Sequence record: JAKSYS010000135.1
Length of the DNA stretch: 32,000 nucleotides
Reading direction: 5' to 3' (one strand)
A program made the position numbers and the translations under genes. Positions 1 through 8,825 of this stretch are shown here, piece after piece. The notes beneath the pieces were generated by a model. The model was given only the letters and a program-made list of their open reading frames with translations. It searched no databases and was not told where the DNA came from. Position 1 is the first letter of the stretch. Every line of letters begins with the position of its first letter.

Positions 1-64
1 ATCTGCTAACAATCTATCTTTTATATACGCTTAAAAAGTCTAGAAATGCGTAATTAAAAGGCTT

Positions 65-466
65 TTAATCGAAAATCTGGGTTTTTACGGGAAGTTTTGC
101 ACTTCCTGTTTTAAAAGCTTTTATAGCATTTTTCCTGTTAATACCACAAACTTCAAATAACACAGATCCTCCTCTTATTTTTGCTACCCAGTGTGATACA
201 TTACCTTTTCCTTTACCCATTCTTACTTCTGCAGGTTTCTTCGTTATAGGTAAATTTGGGAATATTTTTATCCACAGTTTTCCTTTTTTTTTTATTTTAC
301 GTACCATAGCCTGTCTTGCTGATTCAAGTTGTCTAGCGGAAATAAAACCTGATTCTAAAGCTTTTAATCCTATTGTGCCAAAATTTAGATTATTTTTGTA
401 ACTAAATTTAACTAATTTTCCTTTTTTAATCTTTTTATATTTTACTCTGTTTGGTTGTAAAAACAA
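65..466 (-). CDS. rpl16: ribosomal protein L16
   Basis: 133-aa ORF. FLQPNRVKYKK at the N-terminus and GKGNVSHWVAKI..GSVLFE match the L16 family. Apparent TTG start. Last gene of a conserved rpl2-rps19-rps3-rpl16 cluster. Confidence 0.9.
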   Translation of the reverse strand: MFLQPNRVKYKKIKKGKLVKFSYKNNLNFGTIGLKALESGFISARQLESARQAMVRKIKKKGKLWIKIFPNLPITKKPAEVRMGKGKGNVSHWVAKIRGGSVLFEVCGINRKNAIKAFKTGSAKLPVKTQIFD

Positions 467-476
467 ATTTTAATTT

Positions 477-1745
477 TTAATTATAATTTACCCAAAGCTT
501 GATACCGAAAGTTCCATTTTTAGTATAACTTGTTGTTTCATGATAATCTATTTGTTTGTTTATTGTTTGAATCGGTATATCACCAATAATTATCAACCGA
601 CTTTTTGCTCTGGGTGCGCCGTTAAATCTACCACTTATACAAATTTTAATACCTTTAACTTTTGACATTTTTGATAAAAGAAATATTTTTAATATTTGCC
701 TTAAAAAAGTTAAAAAAAAATTGTGCCGTTTTAAAAACTTAAAGTGTTGAGCTATCAATTGAGCAAATATTTTTGCTGAGTTTCTAATTTTTATAACAAT
801 CAAAATTACATTTAAGCTGTCTTTATAAAATTTCTCTTTTGAAAAACGTTTTAATGATAAAGCTTTTTTTTTTAAAGATTCTTTTTCCACCGGTGATAAA
901 AGTAAAGACATACCTCGATTTAAGTTTTGGAAAGTAAGAAAAATATTATATTTTTTATTTGTAAATAAACTTAAACTTTCTAACAGTTGCTCCAAAAACA
1001 AATTTTTTTTTAAAATACTCTTGGTTTTATATTTTTTGTGTTGTAAAAAAGCTTTGTAGCGATTTAAAATACTTACCCGCTCAAGTTTAAACTCATTTTT
1101 TTCATTTAATGCTTTCTGATACCAGGGTGTCTTTTGATACCATGGTAAGTTATTTTGAAATTCCTTAATTTGCTTTTGAAATTGATAAGGAGGGAACTTT
1201 AAAAAATGTTTTACTTTTAAAATAGTTTTAGAAGCGGTAAGAAGTTCTATCCCGTTCAGAAAAAAGGGGTTTACTTTGTGTATCAACATATTTTTTTGAT
1301 GATTTCTTCTCACGAATCTAAACCACCATGGAGATTTAGTGTTCTTCATATATTTGAACGGTGTCGGAGTTTTTATTTTTTTGATACTTTTAGCTTTTCT
1401 AATACGTTTCGTTTTTTTTAAGAATGTATGAGGCCGTCGATTCGTAGTCAAGAGATTTTCTAGCACTATCTCTCGATTAGGTGTTTTTTTATTTATTAGA
1501 TATAGAGATTTTTTAGTGCTGAAGTACGATATATATATATATAAATTAGTATCATTAAAATGAAATTTAGTTTTTTGTAAGATTAAACCTTTTAAATAAA
1601 AGAATTGTTTTATATAAGATTCAATTTCAATATTTTGATAATTATATAGTGTAAATTCTTCTTTTTTTTTTTCAAAATACCTAGAATCCCATTGTGTTTT
1701 TTTTATACCGAGTCGGAAAATTTTTGGATTTACTTTTTGTCCCAT
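477..1745 (-). CDS. rps3: ribosomal protein S3, with a long internal Lys/Asn-rich insertion
   Basis: 422-aa ORF. N-terminus GQKVNPKIFRLG and C-terminus GIKICISGRFNGAPRAKS...GTFGIKLWV are S3 hallmarks. The ATG overlaps the rps19 stop by 1 nt (TAATG). Confidence 0.9.
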   Translation of the reverse strand: MGQKVNPKIFRLGIKKTQWDSRYFEKKKEEFTLYNYQNIEIESYIKQFFYLKGLILQKTKFHFNDTNLYIYISYFSTKKSLYLINKKTPNREIVLENLLTTNRRPHTFLKKTKRIRKAKSIKKIKTPTPFKYMKNTKSPWWFRFVRRNHQKNMLIHKVNPFFLNGIELLTASKTILKVKHFLKFPPYQFQKQIKEFQNNLPWYQKTPWYQKALNEKNEFKLERVSILNRYKAFLQHKKYKTKSILKKNLFLEQLLESLSLFTNKKYNIFLTFQNLNRGMSLLLSPVEKESLKKKALSLKRFSKEKFYKDSLNVILIVIKIRNSAKIFAQLIAQHFKFLKRHNFFLTFLRQILKIFLLSKMSKVKGIKICISGRFNGAPRAKSRLIIIGDIPIQTINKQIDYHETTSYTKNGTFGIKLWVNYN

Positions 1746-1987
1746 TATTTTTTTTTCTTTTTATACTTAAAAGTTTTTCGAGTCTTCACAAATTCACCTA
1801 ATTTGTGACCTATCATTTCTTTTACAATTATTATTTTTGTATAGTCTTTACCGTTATGTACCTGAACAGTTTTCCCAACAAAAGTAGGGAGAATAGTTGA
1901 ATTTCTTTTATTTGTTTTATTATTAGATGTCTCAGCCGCTAAAGCCTCGTTTATTATAAAAAATTTATTATTAAAAAATTTTTTCAT
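1745..1987 (-). CDS. rps19: ribosomal protein S19
   Basis: 80-aa [21 protein letters not shown]...[13 protein letters not shown] matches the S19 core. Lies between rpl2 and rps3. Confidence 0.85.
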
Positions 1988-2788
1988 TTATGATTTTGAA
2001 CTTAATCTATGTTTAGAAGTACTTGTTTTACCGCGTTTATTAGGTTTTCCCCAAGGAGTTACATCTTTTCCTGATTTACGGCCTTCACCACCACCATGCG
2101 GGTGATCTATAGGATTCATAGCAACTCCTCTAACAGTAGGTCTTTTATTTAACCACCTAGATCTTCCTGCTTTGTTAATAGATATGGACGAATGTAATTC
2201 ATTAGATACTATACCTATAGATGCATAACAATCTATAGATATTTTTCGTTGCTCACCTGAAGGTAATATGATTCTACAGTCTGTAGAATTTTTTTCAAGT
2301 AAATTTGTAAATGTACCTGCCGCTCGACTAATTTTAGATAACCCATTTTTTTTATAAGAAACATTATAAATAAAACAACCTTCTGGTATCTTGGATATCG
2401 GTAACGAATGTCCTAAACTGATCTCAGCATTAAGGCCAGATTTTATTATGTTACCTACTTCTAGATTTTTTGGTGATATTATATATGAGTATTTTTTTAA
2501 AGAAAAGTCGTAAACAGATGCTATATTTGCTGTTCTATTAGGATCGTACTCAATACTTGTAACAATTCCTACGGTATTTTTTTTTCTAGTAAAATCTATT
2601 TTTCGGTAATTTTGTTTATGTCCACCTCCTTTATGAAAAGAAGTTATTCTACCAGTATTGTTTCTTCCTGATGAATTTTTTAAACCTTTTACTTCTGATT
2701 TAAGTAAAGGAGTTTTCCTTAAATATACATAATTTATTCTTATTAAATGCCTTTGTGATGGCGTTGTTGGTTTTATTTTTTGTAACAT
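1988..2788 (-). CDS. rpl2: ribosomal protein L2
   Basis: The ORF is open to 2812 (TTG), but the ATG at 2788 gives the canonical start MLQKIKPTTPSQRH. C-terminal GVAMNPIDHPHGGGEG..G is the L2 signature. Confidence 0.9.
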   Translation of the reverse strand: MLQKIKPTTPSQRHLIRINYVYLRKTPLLKSEVKGLKNSSGRNNTGRITSFHKGGGHKQNYRKIDFTRKKNTVGIVTSIEYDPNRTANIASVYDFSLKKYSYIISPKNLEVGNIIKSGLNAEISLGHSLPISKIPEGCFIYNVSYKKNGLSKISRAAGTFTNLLEKNSTDCRIILPSGEQRKISIDCYASIGIVSNELHSSISINKAGRSRWLNKRPTVRGVAMNPIDHPHGGGEGRKSGKDVTPWGKPNKRGKTSTSKHRLSSKS

Positions 2789-2816
2789 TTTCAATTTTTT
2801 ATTCAATAACAAATTA

Positions 2817-3452
2817 ATGTTTTTACTACATATAGAAAAAAATAAAATTAAAAAAGATAGTTTATTGCAAATAAAACATATACAAAATTTAACGAAAGAA
2901 ATAAAAAATCAAATATTTTTTTTTAAAAAACTAAAAAAAGATAAAAATTTCAAGAATTTGAGATTTTTAATATCAAAAACGGACATTTTTGAAGTTTCTG
3001 AGGATGCATATGAGGATGTACACGATACTCTAATCAAATATGTTATAGGAATTTCCATGTTTAATACTAATACCATTCTATATTTATCAGACATTAAAGG
3101 TACTATTAAGTTTTTTTGTTCAGCAGGTACTTTAAAAATGAATAAAAAACAAAAAACCAAAAAAATTTCTGTATTAATAAAACTCATAAAATTTATGTTG
3201 CCAAAGATTAATTTCGTTTCTAATACTGATTTACTAGCTTTACACCTTAAAAATTTTAATAAACAATTAAGTCTTTTTGTTTTGAATTTCCTTTTCAAAT
3301 ATCGAAACATAGGTATGCTTAAAATTAATAACAATCAACCACATAATGGCTGTAGACCTAGAAAACTTAAACGTAAAAAAAGACAAAGAGTTAATTTTGA
3401 AACAAAACGTGATTTTGAAGAAATTAATTATTTTGATGTTTTGAAGGAATGA
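2817..3452 (+). CDS. rps11: ribosomal protein S11, with an N-terminal extension
   Basis: 211-aa ORF with an ATG start. MFNTNTILYLSDIKGT..FCSAGTLK and the C-terminal PHNGCRPRKLKRKKR match the S11 core. TGA stop. Confidence 0.75.
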   Translation: MFLLHIEKNKIKKDSLLQIKHIQNLTKEIKNQIFFFKKLKKDKNFKNLRFLISKTDIFEVSEDAYEDVHDTLIKYVIGISMFNTNTILYLSDIKGTIKFFCSAGTLKMNKKQKTKKISVLIKLIKFMLPKINFVSNTDLLALHLKNFNKQLSLFVLNFLFKYRNIGMLKINNNQPHNGCRPRKLKRKKRQRVNFETKRDFEEINYFDVLKE

Positions 3453-3460
3453 CTTATTTT

Positions 3461-3542
3461 GAAGGAATGACTGAGCGGTTTAAAGTGGCAAATTGTAAAT
3501 TTGTTGGATTCTCCATCGTAGGTTCAAATCCTACTTCCTTCA
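3461..3542 (+). tRNA. trnY: tRNA-Tyr (GUA), long variable arm
   Basis: Hand fold. Acceptor gaaggaa/ttccttc. Anticodon stem gcaaa/tttgt with loop ttGTAaa. T arm gtagg-ttcaaat-cctac. Confidence 0.8.
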
Positions 3543-3547
3543 AAAAT

Positions 3548-3619
3548 CGAAATATAACGCAGCGGTAGCGTGTCTGTTTTGGGAACAGAAAGTCATGTGT
3601 TCGAATCACATTATTTCGA
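3548..3619 (+). tRNA. trnP: tRNA-Pro (UGG)
   Basis: Acceptor cgaaata/tatttcg. D stem acgc/gcgt. Anticodon stem tctgt/acaga with loop ttTGGga. T arm atgtg-ttcgaat-cacat. Confidence 0.85.
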
Positions 3620-3620
3620 A

Positions 3621-4061
3621 TTAAATTAAATTCGAAAACTTAAGAACTCGTAAAGAGTGTTTAACTGTTTTTATTAAACATAAAGAATCTTTTAGATATT
3701 CAAATTTTATAATTAAGTTTATTTGTTTGCTTGAATATAATTTATTGTTTACTTTAATGGCTACCAAAGTTATAATATCATTAAATTGCACTAATGTATT
3801 TAAATTCATTGATGTTTTAGGTAATACTATCATTATAAGACCATTTATTAAAGATGTATAATTTCGATATATAGAATTTTGCATGATAAGTATTGTTAAA
3901 GTATTATACAATTTGCAATACTTTAACTCTTGTTTTTTTAATTCTTGTATTATTTTAAAATTATTTTTTTGTATAATCGTATTATATAAAAAGAAAAAAC
4001 GAAATTTTTTAAAATAAGTTTTTATTGTTAGATGTTTGTAAGTTTTTACTGTAAATTTCAC
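3621..4061 (-). CDS. hypothetical protein (orf146)
   Basis: 146-aa ORF that exactly fills the gap between trnP and trnM. No motif I can assign with confidence. A weak L10-like stretch (..KYCKLYNTL..) is only a guess. Confidence 0.35.
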   Translation of the reverse strand: MKFTVKTYKHLTIKTYFKKFRFFFLYNTIIQKNNFKIIQELKKQELKYCKLYNTLTILIMQNSIYRNYTSLINGLIMIVLPKTSMNLNTLVQFNDIITLVAIKVNNKLYSSKQINLIIKFEYLKDSLCLIKTVKHSLRVLKFSNLI

Positions 4062-4068
4062 TTTATTT

Positions 4069-4140
4069 TAGGCTTAGTAGGGATTGAACCTACGACAAAA
4101 CCGTTATGAGCAGCACGTTCTACCACTGAACTATAAGCCT
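4069..4140 (-). tRNA. tRNA with CAU anticodon (elongator Met, or Ile with a modified C34)
   Basis: Acceptor aggctta/taagcct. D stem gttc/gaac. Loop ctCATaa. T arm gtagg-ttcaatc-cctac. The anticodon stem is weak and lacks the three G-C pairs typical of initiators. Confidence 0.75.
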
Positions 4141-4313
4141 AACTGTATTATATTAAATAGGATAAAAATAAAAGTTTACTCTTATATGAAAACAATAAGC
4201 ACAATTCAAATTATTATTTTAATTATTTTAACAGTTTTAATACTTAGTGATTTGGCTAAGATAAAAAAACGTGTAATTAATTTATTTTTTCCTACAAATT
4301 TAAAAACTAAAAA

Positions 4314-4385
4314 CAGGAAAAAAGGGAGTTGAACCCTTGACCTTTGGTTTTGGAAACCACTGTTCTGCCACTGAACTATTTTCCT
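4314..4385 (-). tRNA. trnW: tRNA-Trp (CCA)
   Basis: Acceptor aggaaaa/ttttcct. D stem gttc/gaac. Loop ttCCAaa. T arm aaggg-ttcaact-ccctt. Confidence 0.85.
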
Positions 4386-4402
4386 TTTACATAAAATTTA
4401 CT

Positions 4403-5149
4403 ATGAATGCTACCTTTTTAGAAATTAAAAACAGAATTATTTTATTAATTATTACTTTACTAAGTGCTTTTTCAATAGTGTCTTATTACAAATTTTTTCT
4501 ATTAATTTTAATTGTAATTTCAAATCCCGTATTATCTAACGAGATATTAAACTATTTTATTTTCACATCTATTACAGATCTTTTCTTAATCTATATTGTA
4601 TTAAGCTTTTTTATAGCAAAACATACAACTTATTTCATTTTTTTTTACCATATTATATGCTTTTTATCTCCTGGGTTGTATCGAATAGAATACATTTATT
4701 TAAAATATCTTTTTTTTATTTGCTTGCTTTTAGCTATTTTATGTTGGAAATTTTTTAATAAAATACTAATTCCTACTATCTCACATTTTTTTTTAAGTTT
4801 TCATAATAATCCTCCTCAAAGCATTAATTTTTACTTTGAAGCAAAAATATACGATTATTTAAAATTGTACACAGAAATTTATTTTGATTGTTTTTTCAGT
4901 TTTCAATTCTGTATTTTTCTGATTATTTTCACAAAATATATAAGCAACAACCTAAAACTTTTAAAAAATATAAGAAAATTTTTTTATTTGTTAATTCTAT
5001 TACTTTCAACTTTAATGACTCCTCCTGACATTTTTAGTCAAATGCTTCTCTTTTTCGTATTTATTCTTGGGTTTGAGACACTTATTCTTACTAATATATT
5101 AAAAAAAAATTTAAATAATTTAACTAGGCAAATAGCTAAAGCAAATTAG
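4403..5149 (+). CDS. tatC: Sec-independent translocase TatC (ymf16/mttB)
   Basis: Polytopic hydrophobic ORF. The ATG at 4403 gives [15 protein letters not shown].... The C-terminal ..[10 protein letters not shown].. motif is typical of TatC. The upstream part of the track ORF (4337-4402) overlaps trnW and is excluded. Confidence 0.8.
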
Positions 5150-6109
5150 AATACTAGCAGTAAAAACAGTAAACCCTAATGTTAAAGGTAAAAAGCATTT
5201 CCAACCTAAATGCATAAGTTGATCATATCTATACCTAGGTAATGCTGCTCTAGCATATATAAAAAAAATTACACCAAAAATAACTTTTAAACTAAACCAA
5301 AAACTACCTGGCAATAGATTAAATGGTAAAATATCAATTGGAGGCAGCCATCCTCCTAAAAAGAGTATCGTTGCGAACGTGCTCATTAATAGCATACTTG
5401 CATACTCTCCCAAAAAAAAAAGAGCGAAAGTCATAGCAGAATACTCAACATTGTACCCAGAAACTAACTCTGCTTCAGCTTCAGGTAAATCAAAGGGATG
5501 CCTATTTGTTTCTGCTAGCATCGAGACACAAAACAAAATAAACATAGGAAACAATGGGAAAATATACCAACCATTTTCTTGTGCAAGAACTATTTCACTT
5601 AAATTAAAAGAGCCTGCACACATACAAACAGTTATAATAATAAACCCTATAGAAATTTCATAAGAAATCATTTGCGAGGCAGAGCGTAATGCTCCTAAAA
5701 AAGGGTATTTGGAGTTACTTGCCCAACCAGCCATCAAAAGACCATAAACACCTAACGCTGATGTAGCTAGTAAGTATAAAACACCTACATTTATATCAGT
5801 AAGTACTATTTTTTCTGAAAAAGGTATAACAGCCCAACCTACTAAACTTAATATAAAAGTTACAGTAGGTGCTAATAAAAACATAATAATATTTGATGTG
5901 CCTGGTAAAGTAGTTTCTTTTACAAATAATTTCAAACCATCAGCTAAAGGTTGAAACAAACCTACAAATCCTATAACATTCGGACCTTTTCGTCTTTGAA
6001 TGATGCCCATTATTTTACGTTCCGCTATAGTAAAATACGCAACGGCTATCAACAAAGGAATAATAATTAATAATATTTTTAATAAAATAGCTAAAATTAA
6101 TTTAATCAT
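5120..6109 (-). CDS. nad1: NADH dehydrogenase subunit 1
   Basis: 329-aa intact [52 protein letters not shown] and [11 protein letters not shown] are classic ND1 motifs. Confidence 0.95.
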
Positions 6110-6121
6110 TTTTTAATATAA

Positions 6122-6193
6122 AAGCTAAAATCGGACTCGAACCGATATTTAAAGATTTGCAATCTAACACATTACCGATTATGTTATTTAGCT
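6122..6193 (-). tRNA. trnC: tRNA-Cys (GCA)
   Basis: Acceptor agctaaa/tttagct. Loop ttGCAaa. T arm atcgg-ttcgagt-ccgat. Confidence 0.8.
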
Positions 6194-6209
6194 TAATGTA
6201 TTTATTTAG

Positions 6210-6293
6210 AGGATAAGGTAGGATTCGAACCCACGGTATTTTAAATACAATAGTTTTCAAAACTAACGCCTTAAACCACTCGACCACTTATCC
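6210..6293 (-). tRNA. trnS: tRNA-Ser (UGA), long variable arm
   Basis: Acceptor ggataag/cttatcc. Anticodon stem (t)tagt/acta(t) with loop ttTGAaa. T arm gtggg-ttcgaat-cctac. Confidence 0.8.
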
Positions 6294-6304
6294 GATATGA
6301 TTTA

Positions 6305-6377
6305 AGCAAAAAAAGGGATTCGAACCCTTAACTTTAATCTTGGCAAGATTACACTCTACCAATTGAGTTACATTTGC
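6305..6377 (-). tRNA. trnG: tRNA-Gly (GCC)
   Basis: D stem actc/gagt. Anticodon stem taatc/gatta with loop ttGCCaa. T arm aaggg-ttcgaat-ccctt. Confidence 0.8.
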
Positions 6378-6917
6378 TAGACTTTTTGTAAGACCTGTTG
6401 GAAATTTAAACGAATTTAATAAAAAAAAAAGTTCTTCGTTTGTTATTGAATTCGTTATGAACGTCACTTGGAGATTTTTTAATAAATTAAATACAAGATA
6501 GTTTTTTTCTAACTCTTTAAAGATCATAATATTTTCAAAATTGTATGTTAAAGTATTATTATAGAACGTTTTTTTTAATAAAATTCTACTTTTTAGACGA
6601 GGCAATACTTCTAGAAGTAATTTAGATAAAAATTTATACATCGAAGTTTTTACAAGTATAACCTTACACCCAACAGGATTTCCTTTTCTAATTTTTAATA
6701 CTATATTTGATTGTTTCGATATGGTCAATTTACCCTTTTTGTTGTAATTAACTGTAAAAATAACAAAGATGTTGATAATTTTTTAATTCAGAAGTTTTAC
6801 ACCCAAAATTTAAAACAATTTTTTTAGTTTTGGGATCTCTTTTATATTTTTATAATTATATCTGTTAATTAAATCGTATTTTATAATATTATTGTAATAA
6901 TATTCTAGAAAACTCAT
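6378..6917 (-). CDS. rpl5: ribosomal protein L5, reading frame broken at least twice
   Basis: Three frames together give a full L5.
- From the ATG at 6917: MSFLEYYYNNIIKYDLINRYNYKNIKEIPKLKK
- Second frame: IVLNFGCKTSELK
- Third frame: IINIFVIFTVNYNKKGKLTISKQSNIVLKIRKGNPVGCKV...LLNSFKFP

The breaks are in the T7 run 6819-6825 and the T6 run 6779-6784 (plus strand). The 3' end is uncertain because the open frame runs on through trnG, trnS(UGA) and trnC. Confidence 0.8.
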
Positions 6918-6933
6918 TGCTTTATAGTTTTGG

Positions 6934-7310
6934 TTAGGCAAATCCTGCAGATATGCTTGCAAATTTCATATACTTTGTTTTTAGATTTTTCGATACTGGT
7001 CCAATTATACGTGTTGCTATAGGATTGTTTTGTTTATTAAGCAAACTTATGGCATTATCATTGAAAAAGTAAATGTTTCTTCTTTGTTTTTAACACGATT
7101 TTTTGTACGTAGTATTAATGCTTTATAAATCCCACCTTTTTTAACTTTAGATGTTTTTTTAGATTTATTTCGCAAATGACTAATAACTACTACAATAATG
7201 TCACCCGCACAAGCAAATCTTTTTTTAAAACCACCTAAAACTTTTATACATTTAGCTATTTTAGCCCCAGAATTATCTGAAACTTTTAAAATCGTTTGTT
7301 GTTGAATCAT
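6934..7310 (-). CDS. rpl14: ribosomal protein L14, one frame break
   Basis: [27 protein letters not shown]...ILRTKNRVK is followed in another frame by [49 protein letters not shown]. The break is in the T5 run 7087-7091. Confidence 0.85.
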
Positions 7311-7337
7311 TTTTTATATTAAATATTGTTTATAAAA

Positions 7338-7411
7338 GCGTTTATAACTCAATTGGATAGAGTTTCGGATTTCGGTCCCGACGGTTATAGGTTCAAATCC
7401 TATTAGACGTA
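7338..7411 (+). tRNA. trnR: tRNA-Arg (UCG)
   Basis: Acceptor gcgttta/tagacgt (two G-U pairs). D stem actc/gagt. Loop ttTCGgt. T arm atagg-ttcaaat-cctat. Confidence 0.7.
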
Positions 7412-7414
7412 TCT

Positions 7415-7831
7415 TTAAAAAAACCATCTAAAAAAAATATATTTTTTTTTAGTTAGTGCTAGCTTATGCTTAGCTTCTTTGATCTTAAATAATTCGCTTT
7501 TTTTATTTGCAAACGCTACTATTTCGTCGAATAAATTTGTGCTTGGAATTTTAACAATAGATTTAATTCCCAAAGAGATTCTATTTTTTTGTTTTAACAC
7601 GTAAGGAAATTCTCTTATACTTTTCCGTTTTCTTTTTTTTATTTGTCTCAATTGAATTATAGGTGCGGAATTGACTACGGCCATCTTTATAATTTCTATG
7701 TTATTTTTCTTATTTTTTTTTTGCAAAATTTTTAAAGTTTTTAAAAATTTATTTTCACAAAGATGTTTATTCCCGCTAACCATTAAGTGATTATATATAT
7801 TTTTTTTTAAATTTACTTGTTTTTCTTTCAT
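7415..7831 (-). CDS. rps7: ribosomal protein S7
   Basis: 138-aa ORF. LMVSGNKHLCENKFLKTL, ..APIIQLRQIKKRKRKSIREFPYVL.. and the terminal ..YIFFRW match the S7 pattern. Immediately downstream of rps12. Confidence 0.8.
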   Translation of the reverse strand: MKEKQVNLKKNIYNHLMVSGNKHLCENKFLKTLKILQKKNKKNNIEIIKMAVVNSAPIIQLRQIKKRKRKSIREFPYVLKQKNRISLGIKSIVKIPSTNLFDEIVAFANKKSELFKIKEAKHKLALTKKKYIFFRWFF

Positions 7832-7842
7832 TTTTAACTAAC

Positions 7843-8226
7843 TTATATATATTTGCTTAAATTCTTAGTACCATACTTTGATCTAGACGTTTTTCTATTT
7901 TTCAACCCTAAAAGATCAAGCTTTCCTCTAATTAAATGATATTTTACTCCAGGTAAATCTTTTACTCTACCTCCTTTAATTAAAACAGCAGAATAATCTT
8001 GTAAATTGTGACCTTCTCCTGGGATATATGCAGTAACTATTTTTCTATTACTCATTAATCTTAATTTTACTAATTTACGTAGTGCAGAATTCGGTTTTTT
8101 AGGAGTTCTTAAAAAAACTTTTAAGCATATACCTTTTTTTTGGGGGCATTTTTGTAAAGCAGGCGTTTTATTTATTTTTGTTTTTGGTTTCCGTTTCATT
8201 CGGCATAATTGATTAATCGTTGGCAT
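7843..8226 (-). CDS. rps12: ribosomal protein S12
   Basis: 127-aa [21 protein letters not shown] and [27 protein letters not shown] are S12 signatures. Confidence 0.95.
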
Positions 8227-8233
8227 TTTATTT

Positions 8234-8746
8234 TTAACTTATATAAACTAAAAAAAACAGAGTTTTAAAAAAAGCTTCTTTAAAAAAATTTTCATTATCG
8301 ATAATAGGAATATCAATATCAATATCAATGACAATTAGTCCTATGATGGCTAACGCTAACAAAAAACATATAAATAATTTTTTTACGACTAGTTTTATTA
8401 TCAATGCCAAATTTTTTGAAAAATTATAAAGCAGATAATTATAAATTAAGTAATTAGGTAAAAAAATGGAAAACACTATAATAAATAAAATTGTTATAGT
8501 AAAAAAGAGCCTAAAAAAAACAAAAAAATCAAGCCAAAGATAAGTTTTAAAAAAAACATATTTGAATAAAAAAAATAAAACACTAAAAACTATTTTATCG
8601 TTTAAAGGTAAATATATTATTTGAACCAATTTGACTTTTGCCCAACGAATTCCTATATGAATCCATTTTAAATAATTATTGGAGGAAATTCGTTTAACTA
8701 CTTTAAATTTTAGTGAGTAATGTTTAATAAAAATTAATAAATACAC
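8234..8746 (-). CDS. hypothetical membrane protein (orf170); start uncertain
   Basis: Very hydrophobic ORF. It is open upstream to ~8860 without an in-frame ATG. Contains an (atatca)3 microsatellite that encodes IDIDID. No recognisable family. Confidence 0.3.
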
Positions 8747-8825
8747 ACAGAAAAGTATTAAAAAAGTTCCAAATTCTAAAATCGATAATATATGTATATT
8801 TGTAAAAAATATTTCAATATAAATA

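Noticed and set aside
2909-3334. 141-aa ORF antisense to rps11
   Set aside because: It lies entirely within, and opposite to, a gene with clear S11 motifs. The low-complexity AT-rich translation has no motif, as expected for a chance open frame in AT-rich DNA.
4084-4332. 82-aa ORF spanning the trnM-trnW spacer, with an internal ATG at 4188 that gives a ~47-aa single-helix peptide
   Set aside because: Both ends overlap tRNA genes on the other strand. There is no recognisable motif. The short TM-like peptide cannot be supported from sequence alone.
5379-5663. 94-aa ORF antisense to nad1
   Set aside because: It lies inside an intact, strongly conserved nad1.
6102-6287. 61-aa ORF covering trnC and trnS(UGA)
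   Set aside because: The interval is fully explained by two well-folding tRNAs.
8311-8335. (atatca)n microsatellite inside orf170
   Set aside because: It is only about 3.5 units long and is ordinary low-complexity sequence for AT-rich mtDNA. It is noted in the feature evidence only.
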